DNA of 64,000 bases, taken from positions 84,632,001 to 84,696,000 of the forward strand of contig NC_045697.1 in the NCBI RefSeq assembly GCF_009834535.1, given 5' to 3'. Numbering within the stretch: position 1 is the stretch's first letter; each line of letters begins with the position of its first letter. This DNA is from Camelus ferus (Eukaryota). Position numbers and translations under genes: made by a program. The notes below the pieces were generated by a model. That model did no database searches. It was not told where the DNA came from and saw only the letters and a program-made list of their open reading frames with translations. Shown here in pieces: positions 42,365-54,867 of the stretch.

Positions 42365-42438
42365 ATTCCTAGCATTGGAAGTGACATGTTTATAACATCA
42401 TTCACTGTGTCTGAATATGTGACTGTTATAGTTACAGA
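42365..42438 (-). pseudogene. ARHGAP20-like RA-domain exon (74 nt); donor out of phase
   Basis: Acceptor ttttttacag. Translates SVTITVTYSDTVNDVINMSLPMLG, then AT|gtaagt (phase 2), whereas the next exon starts in phase 0. Confidence 0.85.
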
Positions 42439-44019
42439 CTGTAAAAAATAAACAAGAAAAATTGCCAAAAATTAAAACAGGTGAATAAATAATTATTATC
42501 AAATTATTATCTGTATTCTAAAGGCAAAGCTTATATTCAGGCAGTGACAAAGTAAAGTGCATATAGAGCACAACCCCAACTGCAATTTATTTTCATTCCT
42601 TTATATAACGTTAAGCTAGCAGTAAGCATTTTAGTAAAACAGGTATTTCTCTCAAAGCGTTTGTGGCACACAGAATATAACAGCTTAAGCAAGAAAGAGA
42701 AAGGCTGAGAATTCCAAGAGGGCCCATGGGCTGGTCCTCAGCACCTCAAGGCTATTTCTATTAATGGAGGAAGGATAGTTTAAAAAGCAGGAGCTGGACC
42801 CTAGTCTCTCTTCCTGAGTTGCATTTTTGTAGTATGGCTTTATTTCCTTGTAATAATGTACTCAGTAAAGTTAGAAGAAGAACTGGCTGTAAATAGACAT
42901 TTTTTTAAAAACTGCTATTTAGTGAGTACTTTTTTTTTCAGGTATCATGGTTACTAAGATTTACATTATTGAAATCTGTTGAATCAAGTAAATAAAACCA
43001 ATGAATCTAGGAAATGAGATTGAAAATTTTACAAATTTAAGTTCCATTCTCAACTGTGCCAGTGAATAGGGTATTTATAATAGCTCTTTTCCACACCTCA
43101 CATTGAGAAACTGCTCCATAAAAATAGGAAGACAATTTACAGAAAATTACCTGAAAGGGGTTAACAGAATTGAGATAATACTTATCAAACTATCTGAATT
43201 CTAAAAGACATTTTAAAATGAGATGATATACAGCCAAGAACATTTACCATGCACACAGGTTTTGTGGTATTATCAGACAGTGAGGCCAGTGTACACTGAT
43301 AAACAGTGCTTAAAGAAGACAAACAGTGTAAGTGAACACTCACAGGCTTTAAAAATGATATTAAAAACAAAGTTAAAGGAGACCCTTTCATAATTCATTA
43401 CTTGCCCTTCAATTGTGTTTTTCTTATGAATTCAGTTCAATTGCTTGGTATATCAGATGGCCCTGAAAGTTGTTTCATAATAAGACTTTTAAACAAAAGT
43501 GTTTATTGATTTTAAACTACTGTAATACTGAGGATTATGAAAAGGTGTTTTGGAAGCCAGCAATATGGCTCCCAGCACCAAAATGCAGGGACTTTGGGGG
43601 CTTCCTATGCTAAATTGCCCAGGAGGCTTCAAACACTGGGTTTTAGCTTGGGATATAGTTAAAAGTAATGGTTCTCCTATTTTTTAATGTCTGAAAACCC
43701 TTCAATACAATTTAAAAACTCTCCCATCAAATGTTTTGTTTAAAAAAGTCTTTTGAAATACTAGTTATCACTCCCTAACTTATCTGGTCTGTAAGATAAT
43801 GTTTTTCCCTGGCATTAGGAACATATTATGTTCAAAATAGTAATTTCAGTGATATATGTATTTCTTCTTGCATCTTACCAGTTCTAAAAGACAGATAAGT
43901 TTCAGTAGATAGAGTTTTTTTTTAATAAATAAATAACTTTCAAAAAATATTTTCTCAAATAATTTGAAGAAATGAAAATGTGATCTTTCCCCCCATCTGA
44001 ACTGAAGTGTTACTTGATA

Positions 44020-44940
44020 TATGAAGAAGCAGAAAAATGTGATCTATTCTCAAAAGTTTAGGTTAACCCCAAGATGATCTAGATGTTCAAATTATTAGCC
44101 AAAAACATCACAATTATGCTCAATAACATAAATGAAAATATGCTTGTAATAATAATACAGGAATCTCAGCATAGAAATTGAAAATATGTAAAAATAGAAT
44201 TTTGTTAATCTGAAAAATGTCTGAAAGGAAAAATTTACTGGATGAGCTAAATTGCATAATGGAGATGGCAAATGGAAGATTTGGTGATTTGGAAATAAAT
44301 AATAGGAATTATCTAGTCTGAAGAAGAAAGAGGAGGAGAAAAGATAGAAAAAAAGTAACAGAGCCTGAGGGAAACTGTGGACAATACCAGATGGTCCAAT
44401 ATATGTGTAACTGGAATCTGAGGAGGAGAGATGAAAGAAAATGGGGAAGAAAAAATATTTGAGGTAATAATGACTAAAATTTCCCAGACTCGGTGAAAAC
44501 AAATTTACAAATTCAGGAAGTTAAGAAAATACAAAACAGGATAGATTCAAAGAAGACCATACTTTGGCACTTCATAGCCACACTGCTAAAAACCAAAAAT
44601 AAAGAGAAAATCTTGAAAGCAACTGAAGAAAAATGACAAATAACATACAGAGGATTAATGTTTGAGCACAGAATACTCAGAAAACATAGAGTCTAAAACA
44701 CAGTGGAATATCTTTGAAGTGCTGAAAGGAAATATTTGCAAACAAAATTCTGTATCTAGCAAAAATATCCTTTTGAGAGTGAAAATGAAATAGACATTTT
44801 CAGATAAAAAAAACTAAGAAAATCTGTTGGTACCAGATCTGCACAAGAAAAGCCAAGGAAAGTTTCTCCAGAATGAAATGAAGTAGTGCTAGAGGAAACT
44901 TGGATCTTCAGGAATGAAGAACATCAGAAATATTTATTTT
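44020..44940 (+). mobile_element. Old L1 ORF1 remnant
   Basis: ataatgactaaaatttcccagact, gagaaaatcttgaaagca, aattctgtatctagcaaaaatatcctt. Confidence 0.75.
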
Positions 44941-45494
44941 GTATAAATTACACATAAATAAAATTAATTTAAAAAATCAAGGTGATTTTCCTTGAAAAAT
45001 TCTGAATGTAACCCACTGCCACAAATCAAAGCTGGCAGAGTCAAGAGTGTATTTTGCTACAAGAGGACTGTCTAGTCTCATCTCCCTCAAGCACTGTTTA
45101 TCTGGTGCTCAGAAACAAATCAGAATATTTGCATGGCTTTTGCTGTTGGCCAGGAAAGAACTGTCTTAAACTACCTCTTTTTCTACCTTCAAAATACTAT
45201 TTTGTGTGATTTAGAGCCAGTGTCAACTATAGCAGAACCAAGTTTCATTAAGAATACCCAGAAAATCTTCACTGTAAATATTTTGGCTACTGCACTACAC
45301 TTTTGGAAATCAAATTATATACAAATAATTAGTGTGATTTCCCTCCCCAATAGCATGAGCAAAATGAGTAAGATATAAGCTGATCCTTTCAAAGTGTCAT
45401 TCCTCTCAGCTCAATTTTATTTTGACATTCCTCAGAATGAAAGACGTTTCATAATTCTTCTGCATTTGACATAACTGGAAGCAATACCTATCCA

Positions 45495-45862
45495 TTGCGT
45501 GGATCCTGTACTAGAATGGGGACATCATTGAGGTCAGCTGACAGAATGGGAACATGAATGGTAAATTAAAGTATTACACCAAAGTTAAATTTACTAAAGG
45601 TCATATCTGTCTGTCAGTTATATGAGAGAATATCCTTATTCTTAGGACATACCTTAAGTGTTTCAGGATAAAAGGCCATGGTGTATATATGACCCTCAAA
45701 AATAGAGACATTCACATATATAGAGAAAGAGAGGGAGACAGAGAAAGAAATAAGGCAAAATGTTACTAAACAGGTAAATCTAGATAAAGGGTATATGGGG
45801 TGTTTTGTGATTTTTCTGTAAGTTTGTAATTATTCCAAATAAAACATTACAGGGAAAAAAAA
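45495..45862 (+). mobile_element. Old L1 3'UTR fragment
   Basis: gagaatatccttattcttagg, aggcaaaatgtta, tgtaagtttgtaattattccaaataaaa. Confidence 0.65.
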
Positions 45863-46338
45863 ATAAAAAACAACCCTATGGGAACAACCCAAACCACAAT
45901 GTATGTAAGTAGCAACACTTAGGGGAAAAAAAGTTTAATTCCAAGAGGAAATACCTGCTTGTAACAATCACTTTGTTAATCAACTATAATTGCTATTAGA
46001 GGGATCCAGAGAAATACTATGGACACCTAACTGGCACTGTTCTTTCCATGCTTAAGCACTGTAGCTGTGGTGGATTCTTCTTGATTTATGTTGCATGGGA
46101 TTCACTTTTTATATACAGAAAGACACACATTTTTACAGCAAAATACATGTTCCCACAAAGTGCTTTCTAAATTCTCCTCTTCTTCTGTCTTTCTCCCTTC
46201 TACTCCCCCTGTCTCTCTCTTTCTCTGTCTCTATCTATCTATCGATCTGTCCATGCATCCATCTATCCCTATCTCTGTCACTTTCATTTTTCTAAGTCAG
46301 GAACTTGGAATTTAATTTTTGGTCCTAAAAGCACTTAC

Positions 46339-46423
46339 CCAGGCACAGTTCTTGATGTCCTCAGGGAAGGTTTTGAGGGGGATGCGTTTTGGCTGGTCCT
46401 TCTCTTTGGCTAGATTGATGTGC
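46339..46423 (-). pseudogene. ARHGAP20-like exon (85 nt), PH/RA junction
   Basis: Acceptor ttgattag, donor TGG|gtaagt. Translates HINLAKEKDQPKRIPLKTFPEDIKNCAW. Confidence 0.9.
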
Positions 46424-47069
46424 CTAATCAAATTCAATAAAAACCCAAAACTGAGCGGATGGATTAGCTATTAGCTTATTTTCAAATCAATCTATATTGC
46501 TAATATTTTAAATATACTTTGTTATTTTCAAAAGTATATAGATAGACTCAGCAAAATCAAATTAGGGGTTGGGAGAAAATATGCAATAATATTTCAGGAA
46601 AATAAGATATGACCCAGGAAATAACAGTTTGCCTTTGTCATGCAATATTTGGGGAGCAGATCCAGGTCCTCAGAGCTTGTCCTACCTAGATTGGAGGGCC
46701 CAGTGCCTTCCTGGCTTCAAGGGTAGGAAGTAGCAGTTGCTTTGAGAATCACTCAGTAGAGTAAGTAACCTGCACTTATGGAAATTTAATATATATTTTG
46801 AGAATAATGTTAGCTCCAATCATTAGGATGGAGAGAAGGGGAAGATGAGAGTGATAACCAGAACAAGGAAAAATAAGCAGAACATGCATGTAAATGAGAG
46901 AACATTATTTGCAGTAGCAACCAGGGTAAATCTAAAGAAGTTATTCAAGGGTAGTCTAACAGTTCCTACCAATGAGAAGGAGGAAAGCTTGGGGGCACTG
47001 CCTTGCAGAGATTTGCACTCTTTTATCATGGATTAAAGATTTAAAATATGTGTTATACTAACAAAATAC

Positions 47070-47111
47070 CTTTGAAAGAAAGAGTGCCATTTTTCCTTTA
47101 GTTTTGAAGAA
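47070..47111 (-). pseudogene. ARHGAP20-like exon (42 nt), PH C-terminal helix
   Basis: Acceptor gttgcag, donor AAG|gtattt. Translates SSKLKEKWHSFFQR. Phase matches both neighbours. Confidence 0.85.
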
Positions 47112-47807
47112 CTGCAACATTAAAAAGTGGGAGAAAAATTAAACTACATAAAATACTTATATTAACATATTAAGCACCATTCCAGGTAAAACTATCAGCA
47201 TCCAGTTGTTACTGATGTGTATGCATGTGTAGATTGTACCATCCTCGTAACTGGGCTTTTGATGGGCCCTGCTCTTTTACAAGCAGTATTACAGCAATGG
47301 AAAGTAGATATTAAAGTGGAAGAGAAGTTCATTTGGAATCTAAACACTTAATTGCAACTGTATGATGCAAACTGTGTAATCATGGGCAGGTCACTTAACC
47401 ACTCTGAGCTTCAGTTTCTAGAACTGAAAGGGTTAATTATACCTCAGAGTGTTCCTGTACCCGGAAGTGCTATTTAAATATAAAGAACATTACTATTCAA
47501 ATTAACACATACTTAGGAATTGGCATTTGAATGGAACTATCTGTCCTAGAAACAAGAATATCTATTTAGGAAAAAAACCCTGCAATATTTCATTTCTTTA
47601 TGCATATAGCATATAGCAGATTGTAATACATTGAATTAGTTCTTAGAAAACTTTTTTCATTAGTATGATCCTCTGATCAAGATCAATCCACCTACTGCTG
47701 AATTATCAAAGATTGGTATCTTTTCTGCTAAAGTTTCTGCAGCATTTAATATCCAAAGCTGAAAATGTTTTAAGGCTCATTCATACATAGACTTATCACT
47801 TACTAGG

Positions 47808-48180
47808 CTTTTATTTATTGTGGTAAATTACACATAGCATAAAATTGGCTATTAGTGACCTTCAGTACATTAACTGTATTGTGCAACCATCACCATTATC
47901 ACCATTATCGATGTTTTCATCACCCAAAAGCAAAATACCCTGTGTCACTCCCATTAAGCAGTCACTCCCTTTCCTCTCTCCTCAGCCCCATACCACATTT
48001 TTAAAAAACCCTCCTTAGTTGATAAACACTTAGTTTTACTTTTCTTTTTTTTGGGGGGGCTATCATGAATAATGCTGCTATGAACATTAGTATATAAATT
48101 TTTAGGTGGACATATGATTTCATTTCTCTTGCATGTTCAGCAGTGGCTGCCACATTTTATATTCCTACCAGCAGTACTGC
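47808..48180 (-). mobile_element. L1 3' end fragment, antisense
   Basis: gtgcaaccatcacc, aataatgctgctatgaacatt, cattttatattcctaccagcagt. Confidence 0.75.
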
Positions 48181-49519
48181 TCCTGACTCCTCCATCACCA
48201 TTTCAGGACCCATTTCATCAGGAAAGTAGAATGCCCACTTAGCTCCCCAACCTGCATATGTACATGGACACAGCTTCTAATTACTCATGCCAGTCTGCAG
48301 AAGAGTAAAATAGCGAATAGCAAAAGCGCTGGGTGCCAGGTGTTGTTATAAATGCCTATATGTATATGCACAGCCTTTTAACCAATATAACATGTGTAAA
48401 CATGGCTTCCACATTTCCCCTCTCACTAGAAAAAAAGTCTCTTGGACACTCTCTTATCAAAACCTTTGTATATTCCCAATTAAAACTGCTTCCTTTCACC
48501 TGCAACATGGAAAAGATGTTAAGCCATAGCAACTGTTAATCTTTAGAGAAGTAATTCATGCCAAAAAGATATGTAGAGAACGATACAAATACATAGTTCT
48601 TCCCAAAAAGCTTTGGCGATTTTCCTTAAATCAACAGCCACACTCCAGAATTGTGTAAATTAGCAACTTGGCAACATTTTACTTGTCTTCTCTTCATGAT
48701 GATACATGAGATTTTGGTAGCATGCAGTGAGGAGGGCAAGAAAGAAGAGTTAAGTGCATGAGATGAACACTTGATGTGCATGAAAAGCATGAGACTTGGG
48801 GTGTGGTTGTTCCAGGTGGCAGATGTGAGTGTTGCATGAGCCCTGTGGACCCAGGAGTGTCAACTCAGGATGCCCACATACCCCATCCTCACTCCAACCT
48901 AAGACTGTGCCTTGGAAAACTGATCAGCATTCCATGGATTCATACCTTTGTTTTAGATTGTCACCTCTCTATAGATACCAAATAAGGTAATCTGAACACA
49001 GCAATTCAGGCAACCTAATATTTGATGATACAATTCTTTTATTGTAATTAAATCCTGTTTTTAAAGGAATTATTGTGGGAATATAAAGGCATTTTTTTCA
49101 AATGTAATTGGACTATTTAATAGTGCTTGCTCAAGAAAGATACTCCAGTGATTTTAAAACACAGGGCATTAGAGGGCAGGCTGTTAGAGAGGGGCCCTAG
49201 AGATCTGCTCTCGTGATCCTCCTTCCGCATGCATGAACACCGTGAACACATGAAGATCCACCTCCCCAGGTAGCTCCTACAGCCCATCTGAAAAGCCACT
49301 GATCAAAACCAAAGGGAATGACTCCAGTAATTCCCACTATTTATTATCGATATGCATGCATTTACATATAAAAACCTTTTTTTTTTTTTTTAGAAAGTAG
49401 AAGGCATACAGGTGTCATTATGGGAGGTCAAAAAGTGAGTCACTGGCTTAATATACAATCAGATTTAAATGTTTTCCTTTTTAACTCCTGTAAATACAGG
49501 ACCAAGCTGTAGGTCTTAC

Positions 49520-49668
49520 CTGAAGGTGGCCGTGAAGTTCTCGGTGGGCCAATGCAAGAAAAAGGACTTCCTGGCATCGATGCAGGCTTCTCCTGCTTTG
49601 TCTATACAGTTGGCAGTCCACATGGTGCTCAGTGGTATTTAATTTTTACCTTAAAGATCTTTTCATAC
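49520..49668 (-). pseudogene. ARHGAP20-like PH-domain exon (149 nt); 1-bp frameshift
   Basis: Acceptor tctttccag, donor CAG|gtaaga. YEKIFKVKI then a shift to IPLSTMWTANCIDKAGEACIDARKSFFLHWPTENFTATFS. The shift lies in an A-rich run near 49638-49646. Confidence 0.88.
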
Positions 49669-51204
49669 CTGGAAAGATAACCAGAAAAGACCTCTGTTAG
49701 TTTGTTTCTTAAATGTAATGGGAGCACCTGTGTTCATGATAAAATGCTAGTTCTCACCACTCCAGGGCAGAGCATGCCTCCTTCATCTCTACTACTCTCT
49801 GTGCACAGCACAGGGAATGCTTAGGTAGGCCTTTTCAAAGTGTATGTTGAGCAGAGGCTGGTCCAGGAAGGCCCTGAAAACACTACCTTGGTGGTAGCAA
49901 ATAGGCGATGCTGAGAATTGAGTGTGGACCGTGCTTTATATTTTAGAGCTTTTTTAGAGAACCATTAACTCACTTATTCTATGTTTGTTATTATATATTA
50001 TATATGTAAATTTTGTAATTATTATAATTAATTTCTTATTCATGTCTTGCTTCAAAAAGTATTGGAGGGACTGAACAAAGATCCATGATATATGATTTAT
50101 AAAAATAGTTATGCAATTTTTTCTTAACAGAAACAGACAAAAAAGAGATTTAAAATACATTTTCAACCTTAATTTTTAAGATTTTCTAGCTTTTAAAGCA
50201 TGAAATTCCTTTCTTAAGATTTTGTTCATACCATTTTCTCTTAGATTCTAGCTAAAACCGAAAACCTGTTAGTGTACAGACTGAACCCAACTTAAAAATC
50301 AATTAATCAGTCAGTCAATCAGTCAATCAATCGCAGACCGGTGGCCAGGATGTCATATATGTAAATGATGGACATAGTTCCTTCCCGTTTATCTCTGGAA
50401 AGTCAGGTGATTGTCACCAGTCAAATTGCTTTCTAACAATTTCTGCCTATTCTCTTTTGTCTTCTGACATGGAAACCACCATGTCTCTTGGTTAATTCAC
50501 AAATTTAATGCTCAGGTGGGTCTGGGATTTAATCATAGCTATAAGCCCTGTGAAGGATGCTTAGGGAACTTGGGCACACTGCACTGGGACACCCTGCTAT
50601 TCAGAACTATTCAGAAGCACATGTAGAAACACTCAAGGTTGAATGAGATCAGAGACATCTTATGTACAGAAATTCCATGACTCCACTGAGTCATGAAACA
50701 GTTCAGCTACAACTCTTCAAAGGGTTTATGAAATGAAAATAATTTTTCAGGAAGCCCACCTGAAGGGTAATCTAAATTTAAAGCTTAGGGCACCATGAAT
50801 ATAAATAGGATGGAAACACGCCTTGTGATACAAGATGGCCTTTTGCTACTTTCTGTTTCAACATTTTTACCCTATGTCTGTGTATTTGAAGATTTTATAA
50901 AACACAGTCAATCATCAGATACAATTATTTTTCTAGTTTGTAACACTAAAGGCATTATCAAGCTAAAAATATATGGCCAGTGGGAAAGATAGATACATAT
51001 CTGCTGGATTTTACAGGTTTTTTTTTTTTTTTGAGTGTATAGACACTCAGTGTGCTGTGTGGAAACTTCCAAATATACTGACTTGGAAAAACCCTTTTCA
51101 GTAATTCTCTTTTTAGTTCAATAAAGTGCCAAGATTATGCACTCCCTTGAAACTAAACCAAGAAGTTATCCAAAAACCTAGAGCATGGCTTTCATTCTCC
51201 TGTA

Positions 51205-51420
51205 ACACGGAGCACTTAACCACATGCCAAGCACTGTTCTAAATATTTTATAAACATTGGTTTCATTTAATTGCCAAACAACTACACCAGGTAGTCATTA
51301 TTAGCTCCATTTTATAGATGGGCAAACTCACAGAGAGGTTAAGTAAATTGCCAAAAGCAACAAAAAGTGGGATTTGAACCCAGATAGCCTGACTTGTGAG
51401 CCTATGCTTGCAACCACTTG
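51205..51420 (-). mobile_element. MIR SINE
   Basis: ccattttatagatgggcaaact..gaggttaagtaaattgcc..ggatttgaacccag. Confidence 0.8.
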
Positions 51421-52809
51421 GCATCGATGGCTGTTGACCTATAGTTCTCTGAAGTACCTTCCTCCTCATTCCTCATCTTCCCCCAGAGCCACCAGGCTTT
51501 CTGACAGGATTGTTCTTTTATTTGGGGTGGGAATGAAGTGACAAGTCTCATGACAAAGCCAGATGTTAGCTTGGAACTATTTAAAACGTATCACAACAAA
51601 GCTTTATACTCCAGAGGATTCTCCTAGGCATCCCACTGTATCTTCACACTCAGTCACTGACTCAGTGAGATTTTTTTCAGAAGAAATTGGCTCAAGGAGG
51701 AGCAGGGAGAGGAGGACTGCAATTTCTATTTCTGTTGTGTATGCCTTATTACGATCTATTAACAAGGCAAGATACCACTTGCTTTCCTCTACCTCAGCCT
51801 TGATACCAGAGGGTGAGCCAGAGTGAGCCGTGCTGTAGGATTCTAGGGAAATTTCCCCTATTCTAAGACAGGGGTGTTCCCTTAGAAGCTTGGGAGTAGG
51901 GGTTGTGGTGTATTCTGTAAGTATCTGTCATTTCACTAAGTTAACAGTAATCTTCGTCTTTCCACCTAAGTAAAATTTGTCTTTCATTGACTCTGTATTC
52001 TTTAATAACTAAATTTGAGGATATTGATGTCCAAAGATGGTGTGAGCTATGCACAGTCCCTTTCTATTTGTAAATTCTTCATGGGCCTCTACTGGTATTA
52101 GTATCTTAATATTTATAAAGCAGATCATGTTCTTAAAAATGGTTTTATTTGAAAAATAACTTATTAAGCATTATAATGAATATCAAAAGTGATACTGAAG
52201 GTTTTGTCTGACTTTAATTCTTTATAATATATGTAGTGTGAAAAAAATGACAAAAACCTCAAAACAGTTTTCACTGAATATTAACATCTCATACAACCGG
52301 AGAAATATAATTTCCTTGTGAAGAAACAAACATTTAAATCCCCTTTATTATTACACCAAAACTGAAATTTACTTATTTCGACCAAATACAGAGGTGGCAG
52401 TTAGTCAACTATTTATTCCATTTGTGTTGGTTTCTGAAGTATCAGCCTGAAGGTGAGTGAGTTTCCAGCTGAAGTCAAGGTGAGCTGAGATAGAACTGAA
52501 CCTCAGTCCCCTGCCCTTCTTATGACTAAGTGGAAAAACTCGGTGCTAAACTCAGATTATTAATCTGAATAGGTTGATTCAGGGCATAACACAATCCCCC
52601 ATCTATGAGTGAGACAGGACAGGGAAGAAATAAGTTTATCATCACAGGAGGCTATTTCTGTTTAGTTGCTGTTTCTGGAAAAAATATAATTTTTTTTCAT
52701 ATTAACAATGATCATGAATATACCCAAAAGTTATTATGGGAATGATCTTGTAGGTAACTTTCTAAAAATCGTGGTAAGAACTTGTACATTTGGTCCTTCT
52801 GGTTATTGC

Positions 52810-53010
52810 TGTGGACGGGATTGTGCCTCCCCTGTCCACCCTAACACCCCACATTGAAGCCCTCACTGCCAGTATGGCTATATTTGGAGACAGAGCTTTT
52901 AGGATGTGATTAAGGTTAAATTAGGTCATAAAAGTCAGATTCTAATCCAAAGGATTTGTGGGCTTATAAAAGGAGGGGGAGAGATTTCTCTCTCTCCCCT
53001 CCACATGCAG
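52810..53010 (+). mobile_element. MLT1 LTR 5' fragment
   Basis: tatttggagacagagcttttagg..attaaggttaaattaggtcata..ctaatccaa. Confidence 0.75.
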
Positions 53011-53512
53011 AAAATTTTGCTAATACAAACCAAGTATGTTCACTGTCCTAGTTAAAATCCCTTCAGCATAGTATTTCAGCCCCTTACTATGGCCTGTGGA
53101 GACCCTGTGTGACTGGATTCCCTGACCATAGTATCATATCTAATATCATGATGCACACTTTTGGCCTTCCCAGAACTCCTCCCTCCAAGGGGCCAAGCTG
53201 CACCCACTCAGGCCTGCTGTCCCTTGACCTAGAAGGTGCAGCCACTTTGTCTGGTAAGGTCCAGTGTAAAGACTGCCACCTGAGCGATCCTGGTAGATAA
53301 CCCCTCTCTGATATGGTCCCATCACCTTCTCTGCATAGCATCCTGTCTACCTTATATCAGAATCACCAATAACAATCTGTAGTTCTCCCCCTCTTACTTA
53401 CTCATCTGTAAGCCCCAGGCAAGAGAGACCTTGCCTGTAATATTTTCTTACAGTAAGGGTTAGCGAACGTGCAACTTTGTGATAATCAGGAGAGCACGTA
53501 GTGCGTGTGTAC

Positions 53513-53684
53513 TTGGTATCAGACATAAGAAACAAATCACTAAACGAGAAGAGGTGCTACTTCTGCCTCCTGCAGCCTCTTTTGAGTTCTGCGGGGCTGT
53601 GGATCAGATCAGCAGGGTATTATGGCGCCCTCAGATGATGTAGTATTTTCACTGTGAGTGTGCACCTCAACAGAAGGGCTTTTC
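53513..53684 (-). pseudogene. ARHGAP20-like exon (172 nt), start of PH domain; frameshifted, with TAG stop
   Basis: Acceptor ttttgcag, donor AA|gtacac. Translates KSPSVEV...TLLI..HSPAELKRGCRRQK*HLFSFSDLF. TAG at 53557-53559, a TGATC duplication, and a length not divisible by 3. Confidence 0.85.
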
Positions 53685-54250
53685 CTGCAAAACATCAAAC
53701 ACCACAGAACAGCTAGTCACTGGTCAAGTATATGATGGGGTTTATGTTAAATGTCAAGGTTGACACTAAAAATTAGCCTCAGTCTCCTAAACAGGGCTCC
53801 ACAGCTCAAATTCAGGAGCCAGCAAGTTATAGAAAACTAATTGAAAGAAATGAGGTCACTTAGGGAGTTGATGTGGATGGAGAACAGTTTAGGGGATAAA
53901 GCCCCGAGGCAGCCGACTCTTAGAGGTGGGCGAAAGGAGAAAGCAGCAAAGCTGATCACAAACTTTGAGAAGGGGAGAACCAAGAACCAAGAGGTCAAAG
54001 ATAGAGTGTATTACAAGAAGGTTAAAAAAAAAATTGTGGCCTAACATAGATAAAATAAAATGATATGGAGATTTGCAGGGAAGTAATTGCAATTTGGTTT
54101 CAGTTAACATAAAAATTTAGATAACTGAGGATTCTGCTAAATTGACTCCAATCTCATCTAAATCAATATTCAGATTTGGGAAATTTTCTCAAAGATCTGC
54201 AAATAATACTGGAAACATCAAAATGTTTCTGAATACAAGGAAGTGCTTAC

Positions 54251-54315
54251 CTGTTATTTGGCTGAGCTATGACTATGCTCTAACAGAACTCTCTGGTCAT
54301 AATAGGTTAAAACAA
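54251..54315 (-). other. Possible upstream exon of the ARHGAP20-like gene
   Basis: Strong donor CAG|gtaagc about 570 bp upstream of the 53684 acceptor, plus a plausible tttag acceptor. No convincing protein similarity. Confidence 0.25.
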
Positions 54316-54867
54316 CTAAATTGAACAGAACATAAAAACTCTTTGATAAACAGAGCAAATATTTTCATAGATCTAAAGAAAATTCTTTCCCATGGAGTCA
54401 AGAAGGTGACACTCCCCAGCCCCAAGAATGTAAAACCTGCTTGCTTGCGCTCAGCAGCGCTGAATCTTAGGAACATGAGTAGCTTTTCATGAAATCAGTC
54501 CTGAAGTTAAAAATTAGTTCATATGTTTTAGAGGAAACAAAACAAAACACCTCCTATGGCCACCAGTCTGCTCTGATGATCAAAAATAGTATATTAAAAT
54601 TATACCTTATGCGGTAAAGCCTTGAATGACCACCTAAAAGCTCAGAATGATTGACGTGAACATCCTTTTTTCTTCAGTTCTTGGCACTGAAGACCGAGTG
54701 TGTCTACAGCACTTGGCAGAGTACTGTGAACAAATGCTGGAAGCATGAGGGTTCTGTAGAAGTCAAGATCACCGGCCATTATGACATCAAGGTTCTGAGG
54801 CTCATGTCACAATGACAAACTGACATACTTGTTTCCCTGATTTTGCTTCCATCTTTTGATTTTTTAA

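Larger units (their letters stand above)
25327..53684 (-). pseudogene. ARHGAP20-like: Unprocessed (intron-containing) ARHGAP20-like Rho GTPase-activating protein pseudogene, PH + RA + RhoGAP, at least 13 exons
   Basis: Ordered minus-strand exons with canonical splice sites translate to ARHGAP20-like motifs: AELKRG..HLF, MWTANC, W..NFTATFS, INLAKEKD, VINMSLPMLG, GSEKDYQL, QFILKP, GQLFG..NDNLP.PVLDML, GIFR, DFLRNI, LLDQLP..NQMTAYNL, FIENCLKIFGE, PLESK. Several in-frame stops and frameshifts are present. Similarity was judged from memory, not by alignment. Confidence 0.9.

Noticed and set aside
49117..49299. Exon-like minus-strand ORF (MGCRSYLGRW...)
   Set aside because: An acceptor-like site is present, but there is no good in-phase donor and no ARHGAP20 similarity.
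50820..50880. Possible ARHGAP20 exon-2-like peptide (SKRPSCITR)
   Set aside because: Wrong order (it lies downstream of the 53513 exon) and only a GC donor.
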